Source: an uncultured Cytophagaceae bacterium
GTDB taxonomy: Bacteria; Bacteroidota; Bacteroidia; Cytophagales; Spirosomataceae
Assembly (NCBI GenBank): GCA_903837305.1
Contig: CAILUB010000002.1
Coordinates: 1 to 38,879, forward strand
Length of the DNA: 38,879 nucleotides
Reading direction: 5' to 3'
Positions 1 to 8,625 of this stretch are shown in pieces. The notes under the pieces are model-generated. The model ran no database searches, was not told the origin of the DNA, and saw only the letters and a list, made by a program, of their open reading frames with translations. The stretch's first letter is position 1. Each line of letters starts with the position of its first letter. Position numbers and translations under genes: made by a program.

Positions 1-222
1 GATCTCAAACTCAAATGGACAAATAAATCAATGCCATATAAAGAAATTTATGATAATCACAAACAAAATAATAACAATCTATCTAATAGAGAAGTTGAAT
101 TATTAAAGTTTAGATTTTCTAAAGATATAAAAAGCCAAAAAGATGCTGGTATAAAGTTTAATTTATCTAAACAAAGAATAGACCAAATTGAAAAAAGGGC
201 ATTGATGAAATTAATTTCTTAA
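1..222 (+). CDS. Sigma-70 region 4-like HTH protein, probably 5'-truncated
   Basis: LSNREVELLKFRF..SQKDAGIKFNLSKQRIDQIEKRALMKL matches the sigma region 4 pattern; the frame is open from base 1, with first ATG at 31. Confidence 0.75.
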   Translation, partial: DLKLKWTNKSMPYKEIYDNHKQNNNNLSNREVELLKFRFSKDIKSQKDAGIKFNLSKQRIDQIEKRALMKLIS

Positions 223-243
223 TACTTGGCAAGTGGATAACTG

Positions 244-273
244 AAAAGACAGCCCGAAAGCTGTCTTTTTTTT
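244..273. terminator. Bidirectional intrinsic terminator
   Basis: AAAAGACAGC-ccgaaa-GCTGTCTTTT followed by a T run, between convergent genes. Confidence 0.8.
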
Positions 274-448
274 AGCATCCCGAATTGTACGCAAGGGTGC
301 GGCGGACCATATTGTACTATCGCCGCTCAAACATACGCCTCCGCCGACTAATCCGACTTCGTGCAAATCCCTTTGCTTCGCTTTGATCTCAAAGAGGATT
401 TATTGAGGTAGGGTATGTCTTTGCAGGGTTATGCCTTGGCAGGCATAA

Positions 449-1672
449 TCAGATATTTTCATTATAGCATACCCAGGCATCACGTAAAAATTTGACTTCC
501 TGTTTGCTTGGGTGTGGGAGTATATCAGGTGCTTCTTTAGTTAAAGGCGGGTATGTCTGAATATTGATATTCTTATTTCCCAGCCGGACCCAAGCCATAT
601 ATTCGTCAAGATCCAAAAAATCTTTCTTTTTTAAATCAAATAACCCGGCCATTCTGTCAGCTTCCTTGTCTCCTATTCTAAAAACTATAAAAGCGTTCAC
701 GTTGCCGAAAACCGATGAAAGAACCTTTGGCGATATTTCTTCAAAATCGTGATGTGCTAGTACCCAACCAACCTGCTTGTCTCGGCTCTTAGCAAGCATT
801 TCAGAAAAGTAAGGGCTGGCACATTCTTGAAATTCATCTACATAAACAATCAGGGGTTTTCTGTTCTTTATTTCAAATTCGCAATAGCTGACTATTGAAT
901 AAACGATTAAGTTAGATATATAAATTCTTGAAGTCCTTGACATTCGGCTGGTATCAACCAAGAGTGATTGATTATTTTCTAATAAGCGGTCAATGTAAAG
1001 CTCGTTCTCGCCAATAACAAAATCCCTCATTCTTCCATCGCAAATTTCCATTAGTCTGGAAGCTACACGCTTGGCGCTCTCAATCTTATCCTTGTTCCGT
1101 CTGATGTTCCTATCAAGTGCGTCAAACTCTTCCCAGTACCCGGCTACATTGGCAGGCATTTTATGGTTCTTCCGTGTTTTCTCGTAAAGCAAGAAGTCAA
1201 CCAGGTAATCAAGAGCTTTTTGATCATCTTTAAAAGCTCTTAACGCTTTACCAATTATCTCGCGCATTAATACCGTGCTTTCGGGGTTAGGACTAGTGAG
1301 GGTAACTAAAATGTCCAATACCTGGACGAACTCGGTAATTATATCATCTATGATATAACCCTGTTTTTTAAGCGGATTGATTACTATCGGATTGTTAATT
1401 GAAACGTAGCGGATGTTTTTGTCTTGGTTTAAATGGTGTAGTCTTTTAGAGCTGTCTCCTTTCGGGTCTATATAAACTATAGATATATCTTGGCTGATGT
1501 CATAATGAGCCATACGTTCCATTAAAACTGATTTACCCATTCCGGTTTTACCCAAGACGTAAGTATGGCTAAACCTGCTTTTCACCTTATTAATGATAGG
1601 CAAGTCTTGGTTAAGGTCTTGAAGTATGCCTAAATCTAACCTATATCTTTCTTGGTCTTTTCCGCTTTCCAC
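449..1672 (-). CDS. Type IV coupling protein-like ATPase (VirD4/TraD/HerA-FtsK superfamily)
   Basis: Walker A HTYVLGKTGMGKS, IDPKGD, Walker B IVYVDEFQ, SRDKQVGWVLAHH, GNVNAFIVFRIG; no N-terminal TM segment. Confidence 0.85.
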   Translation of the reverse strand: MESGKDQERYRLDLGILQDLNQDLPIINKVKSRFSHTYVLGKTGMGKSVLMERMAHYDISQDISIVYIDPKGDSSKRLHHLNQDKNIRYVSINNPIVINPLKKQGYIIDDIITEFVQVLDILVTLTSPNPESTVLMREIIGKALRAFKDDQKALDYLVDFLLYEKTRKNHKMPANVAGYWEEFDALDRNIRRNKDKIESAKRVASRLMEICDGRMRDFVIGENELYIDRLLENNQSLLVDTSRMSRTSRIYISNLIVYSIVSYCEFEIKNRKPLIVYVDEFQECASPYFSEMLAKSRDKQVGWVLAHHDFEEISPKVLSSVFGNVNAFIVFRIGDKEADRMAGLFDLKKKDFLDLDEYMAWVRLGNKNINIQTYPPLTKEAPDILPHPSKQEVKFLRDAWVCYNENI

Positions 1673-2370
1673 TTTTTAAAATCCACTTCGTTCTTTTTTT
1701 CTTCTACAATCTGCTCGGATAAACGTGCTTTCTGTTTAGTTTCTTCAACAACATAACCCTTGATAGCTTCCTGCATTTCAAAATCATTAAACTGCGTTCC
1801 GTTGGGATTAAATATTGATGATGTAATATAGGTTTGCAAAGTAGGTGGCATTGCTGATATGTCAATCTGCGTTAAAACCATTTTCATAAAATCGGCTTTA
1901 GCAAGCGCTTCTTGTGTTTTAGCTGACTTTAAATTAACATCTGCCATAGAATTTAGATTTGCTATCTCAAGAGCTTTTAACTGATGCTTCCTGCCCTCTT
2001 GTTCGTCACTAATAGCTTGTAATGCGTTTTGATGTTGAGCTAATTGAAGCTCTGCTGCTCTCTCTGCCTGTTGAAAAGCTCCTGCTATAAGCATTTCTAA
2101 AACTTCCTGATTAACGGCTAATTTAGCTTGTAAATTAAGAATTGCTGTATTGGCTATATTGATTTTTTCAATATAAGTTGTAATGTGGTCAATTCTTCCC
2201 TGGTCGTATCTCCAATGCTTAGATCTCCACCATTTTGAAATTCTGGTCTTAGGATTGGGGGTTTCAAGCATTTGATTTAGCTCTTGAACCAGATTAACGT
2301 AATTCAAGTTTAGGTCTGATAAATTGAATTGCCCGATACCTTTTTCTTTGTCTGCTTTCGTGTATGCCAT
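1636..2370 (-). CDS. Coiled-coil hypothetical protein in the mobilisation-like operon
   Basis: 244 aa, rich in Q/A/E/L heptads; coupled to neighbours (TAATG overlap at 2370). Confidence 0.7.
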   Translation of the reverse strand: MAYTKADKEKGIGQFNLSDLNLNYVNLVQELNQMLETPNPKTRISKWWRSKHWRYDQGRIDHITTYIEKINIANTAILNLQAKLAVNQEVLEMLIAGAFQQAERAAELQLAQHQNALQAISDEQEGRKHQLKALEIANLNSMADVNLKSAKTQEALAKADFMKMVLTQIDISAMPPTLQTYITSSIFNPNGTQFNDFEMQEAIKGYVVEETKQKARLSEQIVEEKKNEVDFKKWKAEKTKKDIG

Positions 2371-2906
2371 TATAGTACTATCTCCTTTTCGCAGTATTCA
2401 CAAAAAACAGTTTCAAGATATCTTTTACAATGTTCACACTTATCAGTTATATAGCGTTCTCTCGTTTGCACATTATTACAATGGTCGCAAGTCCATTTTG
2501 TATAGACTAAAATGCTTTTATCGCATTCCTTATTAGGGCAAGCAACATATTTTAAGGGAAATATTTTATGAAAAATAGATAAAATAGAACCAAGTAATAA
2601 CCCAAAAGCAACTGTATTTAAAAGCAATATATATAAAAGTGTTCCTATTAATTGGCTATTGTAAACTTGTTCTTTAGAAAATGGAGATGGCCAGAATAAT
2701 GGCCAAGTAAAGAATGTGTTTGAAGTATCGACAAAAACTCTCCAGGTCACAAAGACAGGGAAAACAATAAATATAGTTACTCCGAATAAAATTCTATAAT
2801 TATCTCTAAACTGAACTTTTTTAGCGAAATCAGACGCAAATAAATTTCTTTCCAAATAGTCTTTCAAACCTCCACCCCTCCCATTCTTTTTTGATATTTC
2901 CAACAC
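2370..2906 (-). CDS. Membrane protein with two TM helices and a C-terminal Zn-ribbon
   Basis: Two hydrophobic segments, then CPNKEC, CDHC, CEHC, CEYC; true start may be the TTG at 2867. Confidence 0.7.
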   Translation of the reverse strand: MLEISKKNGRGGGLKDYLERNLFASDFAKKVQFRDNYRILFGVTIFIVFPVFVTWRVFVDTSNTFFTWPLFWPSPFSKEQVYNSQLIGTLLYILLLNTVAFGLLLGSILSIFHKIFPLKYVACPNKECDKSILVYTKWTCDHCNNVQTRERYITDKCEHCKRYLETVFCEYCEKEIVL

Positions 2907-3507
2907 AAAGAACAGAGAAGCAAAACTGTTCTTCGGTGCAATACTTTAGTCCTAGTCTGTCGCTGTAAGTTTTCCACCACTTCTCGTATATAGATTTGTC
3001 TTTAGCCAGTATCTGATATTTATCTCGCTTCTGATTTAGGTAGTCGTGCCAATTAGGTTTTTCTTCTTCTATCTCAAGAAATACAAGTTTGTAGGCGTTT
3101 TCTTTTTTGTAAATAATAAGAGCGTCAGGGATTAAGAATGAAAAATGCGGAAATAGTGCAGTGTAAAAATCTTGTCGCTTAAATTCTTTTAATAAAAAAT
3201 CTGTAATTAGTAAAGAGTGTGCTGTAAAATTATTAACTGGTATTTTTACAAGGGTATAATAAGATTGGTCTTTTAGTATCTTATGAGTTTGTTCCGTTAT
3301 GGAATAGACTTTATTAAAGGTTAGATATCCGTTGTCAGTAAGCCATTTAAGTTTCTTGGGCGTTCCTAGCTTGTTATTAAAGGCGTTTAGGTGTTCTTTG
3401 GTCGTGTATCGGCAGATATAAGCGAAATAAAAAAAATCAAACAGTTGTTTGAAAGATGAACCTTTTGTAAGGTCGTTTAGGTCGGGGTATTTGTCCTCGT
3501 TCCGCAA
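2830..3507 (-). CDS. Replication-relaxation (Replic_Relax / MOBC-like) protein 1
   Basis: N-terminal wHTH-like region, HSLLITDF, and PDA-x-FLEIEE (D-x16-E-x-E); lies upstream of the coupling-protein-like gene. Confidence 0.7.
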   Translation of the reverse strand: MRNEDKYPDLNDLTKGSSFKQLFDFFYFAYICRYTTKEHLNAFNNKLGTPKKLKWLTDNGYLTFNKVYSITEQTHKILKDQSYYTLVKIPVNNFTAHSLLITDFLLKEFKRQDFYTALFPHFSFLIPDALIIYKKENAYKLVFLEIEEEKPNWHDYLNQKRDKYQILAKDKSIYEKWWKTYSDRLGLKYCTEEQFCFSVLCVGNIKKEWEGWRFERLFGKKFICV

Positions 3508-3688
3508 TTTATAGGTTTTACTATGGTGTTTTGTTTAATGTCAATAACTTAGATGAGTTTTTATAGGTTTGTATAATGGCGTAGCTGTTTGAATGAAGCC
3601 CGTGCGTTCATTGACTGTCATCAGGCAATGATAAGGAGGGGTTTATTGAAACACTTCATCTTAGGGCGGGTTTGCTTGGGTTTAAAAT

Positions 3689-4150
3689 CTATCCGTATTT
3701 TTTAATCGTGCTTTCTTTTAAATATTCACTCATGCTCTTCTTCGCTTCTCGTATGTTCCTTATGATCTCATAATTCTGCCAGGCTTTTTCGCCTCCGTAT
3801 TTCTTTTCCAGTTCGTTTAATTGTTCGTCTAACTGTTCCATTTTACTTTTGGTCTTTTCTTTATCAAAATTTATAACTCCAGTTCTACTGTTTACCGTTC
3901 CTGTTATGGGTATTTTAATCATATCCGATTGTATCCATTTGTAGCCGATAATCACACCCTTTGCGTTCTTAATCTTCTCGCATTTCACATTACTACCTTG
4001 TGCTTTTCTGTCATTTCTCGTTCTTCTTTCAAGGTTGCTCATCTTATATCTGTATTGTTTACATATCTGTTCAGCTTCATCTAAAGTCAAATAACCAGGG
4101 TATTTTGCTTTTAAGGCTTCCTCTAATTTTATTCTTAATCCTGTTTGCAT
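3689..4150 (-). CDS. Hypothetical protein (start re-called at MQTGLRIK)
   Basis: The longer ORF overlaps a better small gene; the ATG at 4150 follows that gene's stop. Confidence 0.65.
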   Translation of the reverse strand: MQTGLRIKLEEALKAKYPGYLTLDEAEQICKQYRYKMSNLERRTRNDRKAQGSNVKCEKIKNAKGVIIGYKWIQSDMIKIPITGTVNSRTGVINFDKEKTKSKMEQLDEQLNELEKKYGGEKAWQNYEIIRNIREAKKSMSEYLKESTIKKYG

Positions 4151-4154
4151 ATAA

Positions 4155-4304
4155 TTATTGTTTATAATCGTCATCTTCTTCATCATAACAATCTTCACAA
4201 ACACATCTATCGTCAAAATCGTTGAAATAAAACCATTCACCTTTTTGTATTTCCTTTCCACAATCTCGGCAAGTGTCGCCGAATTGACTTATAAAATGTT
4301 TCAT
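4155..4304 (-). CDS. Small Zn-finger protein, 49 aa (not in ORF track)
   Basis: MKHFISQFGDTCRDCGKEIQKGEWFYFNDFDDRCVCEDCYDEEDDDYKQ has two CxxC pairs and an acidic tail. Confidence 0.75.
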   Translation of the reverse strand: MKHFISQFGDTCRDCGKEIQKGEWFYFNDFDDRCVCEDCYDEEDDDYKQ

Positions 4305-4342
4305 ATGTTTATGTTAAAAAGGCGAACAGTAAGGCGTTTTAA

Positions 4343-4948
4343 TTAGTTTTTAGCCTGTAATAAGGGCTGATCTGGCACTTTTATAATGCCATTTTCTATT
4401 TCAAATTTCTCAAGGAATGGCAACTGCGGTATATCTATCCCTACACTTCGCCAATCCCTTGTCTGAATTGAAAGAATGATGTTTCGTTTCTCTTTGCTGG
4501 TAACGGCCAGGTTATACATCATTAGCGTGTTCTTCTCGATATCCAAGAAGTTTTTATAGTTCTTAAATTCAACGGTCTTTGATATTTTCTTGGCTGCGAT
4601 TAATTGCGATAATGTCGGTCTGTATGAATGCCCCACTAGGTTAAGGACAATATCGGGTTCATGTTCAACCTTTTCATTCACCACCTGGCAATCTCTCTTG
4701 TTAATTTCGTAGCCGAGCTGATCATATTGATTTTCCAATTCGGCTTTTTCTTTCTGATATTTCTCATACAATTCATCTTTGGCTTTCCGGATTTGACCTT
4801 GTTTTTCAATAAGCTTGTGAAGTCCCTTAGCCTTTCGGATGTTTTCAATTTCTTTCGTGGTGGCTTCTTTTAAAATGTCCGCTAAGCCATTGCGGATATC
4901 TGACAAGACTTCTCCCAAAGCCCTGTCAAGTGTGCGTGCGTTTGACAT
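4343..4948 (-). CDS. Hypothetical coiled-coil protein
   Basis: 201-aa ORF in operon orientation, directly downstream of the long hairpin. Confidence 0.7.
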   Translation of the reverse strand: MSNARTLDRALGEVLSDIRNGLADILKEATTKEIENIRKAKGLHKLIEKQGQIRKAKDELYEKYQKEKAELENQYDQLGYEINKRDCQVVNEKVEHEPDIVLNLVGHSYRPTLSQLIAAKKISKTVEFKNYKNFLDIEKNTLMMYNLAVTSKEKRNIILSIQTRDWRSVGIDIPQLPFLEKFEIENGIIKVPDQPLLQAKN

Positions 4949-4986
4949 ACGTTTTTTTGTTAATAGTTAAATCGAGAATGACGCCT

Positions 4987-5126
4987 TACTGTCCGTCTCG
5001 CCCATTGGAAAGCAGCGGATACCTTGGAGCCTGTCAAGAATAAGCAGTTATCCATCACGGTATGTGTGGGTAACTGCCCTTTACTGGCTTTAAGGTGCTG
5101 CTACAATGGAAGAAGACGGACAAGTA
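4987..5126 (+). promoter_or_regulatory. Long imperfect hairpin, candidate ssDNA (Frpo-like) promoter
   Basis: Five stacked stems with G-T pairs on the + strand; the 3' arm reads TTTACT-N16-TACAAT, opposite TGTCAA in the 5' arm. Confidence 0.6.
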
Positions 5127-5152
5127 GACATGACTATTAACAAAAAGGTTTT

Positions 5153-5701
5153 TTAAAGTTCTATGACTGAAAGGTTTTGGAGTCCAAAATGTATTGCTCT
5201 GTCGATATCTTTATCCATAAAAACATCTATTCTGTTCGTATATCGTCTATTCATCCGGTCGGCTACGGTGCAATCGCCAATCTTGTCAATTCTTAATTTG
5301 GTTTTTAAAGGGTAGGCGTTTGTGGCAACTATGCACTCGCCTTTCTTGTATCTCTGGCAAATATCCGTCCCGTCTGCTGAGATGCAAGGGCTGGCGTCTG
5401 TTTGCTCTGATACGGAATTATAAGCGGATATTTCTCTGATCGTTCCCTGCTTTTCATCAGGGCAAATAACGGCGTCTAATGAGCAGAGGGGGTTTGCTTC
5501 TCTTTCAGATATTTCGTCAATTTCATTTGATACATTTTTATCTTGTCTGTGTGATATTGTATTCTTGATAAGGTATAAGCTATCTTGTCTTTGTTCTCCT
5601 TCATACGCTTCAACCCTGCTCGATATGCCTATGACGGCTATACCAAGCATTAAGGCGGTTAAAATTATTAATTCAGCTTTTTGCTGGTTGATGTTTTTCA
5701 T
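5153..5701 (-). CDS. 3D (Asp-Asp-Asp) domain protein with N-terminal membrane anchor, putative lytic transglycosylase-like
   Basis: ISAYNSVSEQTDASPCISADG, IVATNAYPLKTKLRI, VADRM..RIDVFM. Confidence 0.85.
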   Translation of the reverse strand: MKNINQQKAELIILTALMLGIAVIGISSRVEAYEGEQRQDSLYLIKNTISHRQDKNVSNEIDEISEREANPLCSLDAVICPDEKQGTIREISAYNSVSEQTDASPCISADGTDICQRYKKGECIVATNAYPLKTKLRIDKIGDCTVADRMNRRYTNRIDVFMDKDIDRAIHFGLQNLSVIEL

Positions 5702-5717
5702 AAATTTATTTTTATTT

Positions 5718-6158
5718 TTATTTATTAAATTGTCGCTCTAATTCCTCTATGTTTGGAAATGGTATAAAAATTCCAGTCCGCTCGCCGATCATTCTGTTTA
5801 GCACTTCATACACTTTGTCAATCTCGTTTGATTTTAGCTGGGTGGTGCTTTTCTTTTTAAGCAATTCTTTTTGAATTGGTCGCCATAGATATTCTTTGGC
5901 GTTTATAGTGTCCCAGGGTATATCAATTTCTTGCTTCAATAATTTCTTCATATCAAACCCTGCGTCATTTAAGGCTTCTGATAGCTGAGTAAAATAAAGG
6001 TGTAGGGCTGCGTTTTGCTTGTCTGTGCGTGTTTTACGGTGTAGCTTGATGATTATATCTATCTGCTTGCCATCGAAGTTTGAAAGGTACTTTTTAAGCT
6101 GTGGCGTGTATATTATTTCACCGTCTTTTATTGTTGCTTGAAATTTAGGCTGGATCAT
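5718..6158 (-). CDS. NinB/Orf-like recombination accessory protein
   Basis: RTDKQNAALHLY and KSTTQLKSNE..YE motifs; lies after SSAP and SSB-like genes. Confidence 0.6.
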   Translation of the reverse strand: MIQPKFQATIKDGEIIYTPQLKKYLSNFDGKQIDIIIKLHRKTRTDKQNAALHLYFTQLSEALNDAGFDMKKLLKQEIDIPWDTINAKEYLWRPIQKELLKKKSTTQLKSNEIDKVYEVLNRMIGERTGIFIPFPNIEELERQFNK

Positions 6159-6219
6159 AAAGTTAAAACTTGGAGGAACGGTCTAGGTGTTACGCCGGAC
6201 CGCCCTCACTTCGTTTTAT

Positions 6220-6471
6220 TTAAAATGGCGGTTCTTCGCCTATTATCTCGATCTTGTCATCTTCCTGTTTCGGCTTCCAGTCATTAAGGTCGGCATAAAG
6301 CTTTCCCTCTTTGCTTTCCTTAATGTCGATGTTGACATAATTTGCTTCGTTGGCTTTGCTTTTAAGATACTCAATAAAAGTTTCTACCTTAAAGGATAGA
6401 TTAGCCTTTACGAAGTCGGGAGCGTTCTCACGTCTATTAACAAATAGACCTTTTACAAATTCTTTTTCCAT
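6220..6471 (-). CDS. Small putative ssDNA-binding protein
   Basis: Beta-rich sequence with an acidic tail ending EEPPF; follows the annealing protein; start re-called at MEKEF. Confidence 0.6.
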   Translation of the reverse strand: MEKEFVKGLFVNRRENAPDFVKANLSFKVETFIEYLKSKANEANYVNIDIKESKEGKLYADLNDWKPKQEDDKIEIIGEEPPF

Positions 6472-6475
6472 TGTT

Positions 6476-7036
6476 TTATTCAGCCCACGCTTCAATTATT
6501 CTTTTAGCGTTGGCTTCATTTAGTTCTTTAGTGCTTTTAATTACGATACCCGATTTGTTGGCGATAAGATTTAAAATGTCTTCTTCTTTCGGGTTGTCGC
6601 CAAGTTCTTTTGCCACCTTACTTCTTAAAAGGTTTAGTCCTTGTGTTCTGAAGTGAATACATTGTGTTTGCGTTGTCTTTGATAATTCTGCTTTCTTAAC
6701 CTCATCTACGCTTGCCACGCTGTCAATTACTCCAATACCCATCATAGCCAGGGCTCTGCCTACTGCTGAAGTTTCCGCGTTCTCTAAAGCTGAAGTCTTG
6801 TTAATATATCCTTGTCCGACTACTGCTTGACTATATCCGGTAAATTCTCTCTGCTCGTTGGCGTTCGGTTTAACTGTGGCTTTTACAATTATGTGGTCGC
6901 TTGTCGGATCGCTGACTAATTGGGTGGTTATACTTCCATTTTCGTAATTATGATTAAAGTAAATTATTCTATCAGCTACCAAGACATATTCCTTGCCTTG
7001 TATTTTAATAGCTTTATCTTTTAAATCTTGTGTCAT
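6476..7036 (-). CDS. Single-strand annealing protein (Rad52/Sak/ERF-like)
   Basis: IQGKEYVLVADRI and SALENAETSAVGRALAMMGIG. Confidence 0.75.
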   Translation of the reverse strand: MTQDLKDKAIKIQGKEYVLVADRIIYFNHNYENGSITTQLVSDPTSDHIIVKATVKPNANEQREFTGYSQAVVGQGYINKTSALENAETSAVGRALAMMGIGVIDSVASVDEVKKAELSKTTQTQCIHFRTQGLNLLRSKVAKELGDNPKEEDILNLIANKSGIVIKSTKELNEANAKRIIEAWAE

Positions 7037-7053
7037 AAATTTATTTGAATAAA

Positions 7054-7737
7054 TTAATATCCTGCTACGGCGTTGATATATTCTTCACTCTCTAAAATCC
7101 TGTTCTTTACTGTCGGCTCAATCGTATATGCTTTTTCAAAGAAATTCCAAGCAACTGTCGTATCTCCGTTTGATAATCTTAAGTATTCCTGTATTCTTGT
7201 TAGATATTCTTCATACTGCTGTTTCCTTTCTCTTGCCCCTATGATAGCCCCATATATTTTTTCAACAATTTCCGATGACGCTTCTTCCTGTTGGTCATAT
7301 TCGTTTTTTAAATCCTTGTAAGCGTCCTCGATTTTTTTATTGGAAATCAATATATCTTTAATGCCAAAATAGGTTTCTTTCTTGTAAACGGTAACAATGT
7401 TCACATCAACCAAATTTCCCTCATACGGTTTGGCATATTTATGGTCTGATCCTCCTCTGTAATAATCGTAATCGACCTTATACGCTTTTGTGATTTTACC
7501 GTTTACTGCCCTAGCTATTTCTTCTGCTGTTTCCCTGTCCTCGAAATGATATCCGCATACTTCATATAAAGTAAAATCTTTATCGGGTATCTGTCTATAT
7601 TCGGGAGTTTCGGGACAAACTACAATGCGTATTCCGGCTTCTGCTTTTTTTAATTTGATATACCAGTCAATCTGGTCTTGTGTTAGTTCAAGCAATTCTT
7701 TATCAGTTAATTGCTCAAATGGTTTTTGAAATTCCAT
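7054..7737 (-). CDS. Hypothetical protein
   Basis: 227-aa ORF in the early operon. Confidence 0.7.
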   Translation of the reverse strand: MEFQKPFEQLTDKELLELTQDQIDWYIKLKKAEAGIRIVVCPETPEYRQIPDKDFTLYEVCGYHFEDRETAEEIARAVNGKITKAYKVDYDYYRGGSDHKYAKPYEGNLVDVNIVTVYKKETYFGIKDILISNKKIEDAYKDLKNEYDQQEEASSEIVEKIYGAIIGARERKQQYEEYLTRIQEYLRLSNGDTTVAWNFFEKAYTIEPTVKNRILESEEYINAVAGY

Positions 7738-7743
7738 ATTTGT

Positions 7744-7893
7744 TTATTTAAATAAATTAGTGTTTGATTTGTAGGGTTTTTCTTCCTCTATATTGGTAAT
7801 GAATTGAAAGAAGTTTTTAACGAAGTTGGGAGTTTCCCATTTTAAATCATCTTCTTCTTTTATTATTCCGTATTTGTCGCTGAAGTATGCCAT
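7744..7893 (-). CDS. Small hypothetical protein, 49 aa (not in ORF track)
   Basis: MAYFSDKYGIIKEEDDLKWETPNF...; TAATATG coupling to the upstream gene and it fills the gap. Confidence 0.6.
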   Translation of the reverse strand: MAYFSDKYGIIKEEDDLKWETPNFVKNFFQFITNIEEEKPYKSNTNLFK

Positions 7894-7894
7894 A

Positions 7895-8227
7895 TTATTT
7901 AATTAATTGTCTTAATGAATTATCTTGATTTTCCAGTTGAGTGTAGTTAATTAGGAAGTCAAATATTTTTACTTTCTTGTCGCCTTTTAATTGCAAGGTA
8001 TCGTCTTGTCGCAAAACTGTATTTGCGTTCTCTACTTTTTTTTTAGCGTCTAGTAATATTTCTCTTATTTTCGCTTTAGCTCCCCCCTGGTCTTCCTTTC
8101 TAAAATAAAGGTGTTTGATGTAGCTGTATTGCTTATCGGTTAATTTTGAGATCAAGGCTTCCGGTATATCTTCGCCTAAAAGATTTGTTAAGTCGTGTGA
8201 TAGTGCAAAAATTTCATAGTTTGTCAT
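7895..8227 (-). CDS. Hypothetical protein
   Basis: 110-aa ORF in the early operon. Confidence 0.65.
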   Translation of the reverse strand: MTNYEIFALSHDLTNLLGEDIPEALISKLTDKQYSYIKHLYFRKEDQGGAKAKIREILLDAKKKVENANTVLRQDDTLQLKGDKKVKIFDFLINYTQLENQDNSLRQLIK

Positions 8228-8246
8228 ACGTTTATTGATTAGTTTT

Positions 8247-8435
8247 TTAATCTGTTACGAATTGGGGATTTTTTTCGAAATGTCTGTTGATCTTTTTGTT
8301 CCAGTTCTTGACTAGCATTTCGCCGACTTTGTTTTGGGTCATGCAAACCCTTTCTACATTCTTTAAAAATTCTGTTTTTGTTTCATCATCTGTTTTAATG
8401 AAGATTACTGCTTTCTTGGTTTTTACTGTTACCAT
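8247..8435 (-). CDS. Small putative ribbon-helix-helix regulator
   Basis: Beta strand VIFIKT then two helices; first gene after a promoter. Confidence 0.45.
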   Translation of the reverse strand: MVTVKTKKAVIFIKTDDETKTEFLKNVERVCMTQNKVGEMLVKNWNKKINRHFEKNPQFVTD

Positions 8436-8464
8436 AAGGATAGGTTATTTAATTATCTATTTTA

Positions 8465-8492
8465 ATTATAGCAAATATACTAGTTATTTCAA
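8465..8492 (-). promoter_or_regulatory. Sigma70-type promoter of the early operon
   Basis: TTGAAA-N16-TATAAT with extended TG (TTTGCTATAAT). Confidence 0.7.
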
Positions 8493-8625
8493 GTGTTTAT
8501 AGGGCATTTTATTAATGCTAATGTAAGCATAAAAAGCGATTGATAAAAAACTTATCCACTTCAATTTTTTACTAGATATCTTTTTATAATAAAAACCCCC
8601 AATCCGAAGAAAGGGGGAGGATAAC

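Noticed and set aside
6165-6217. Possible tRNA in the GC-rich gap
   Set aside because: A single hairpin with no T-loop or cloverleaf; counted among the + strand hairpins instead.
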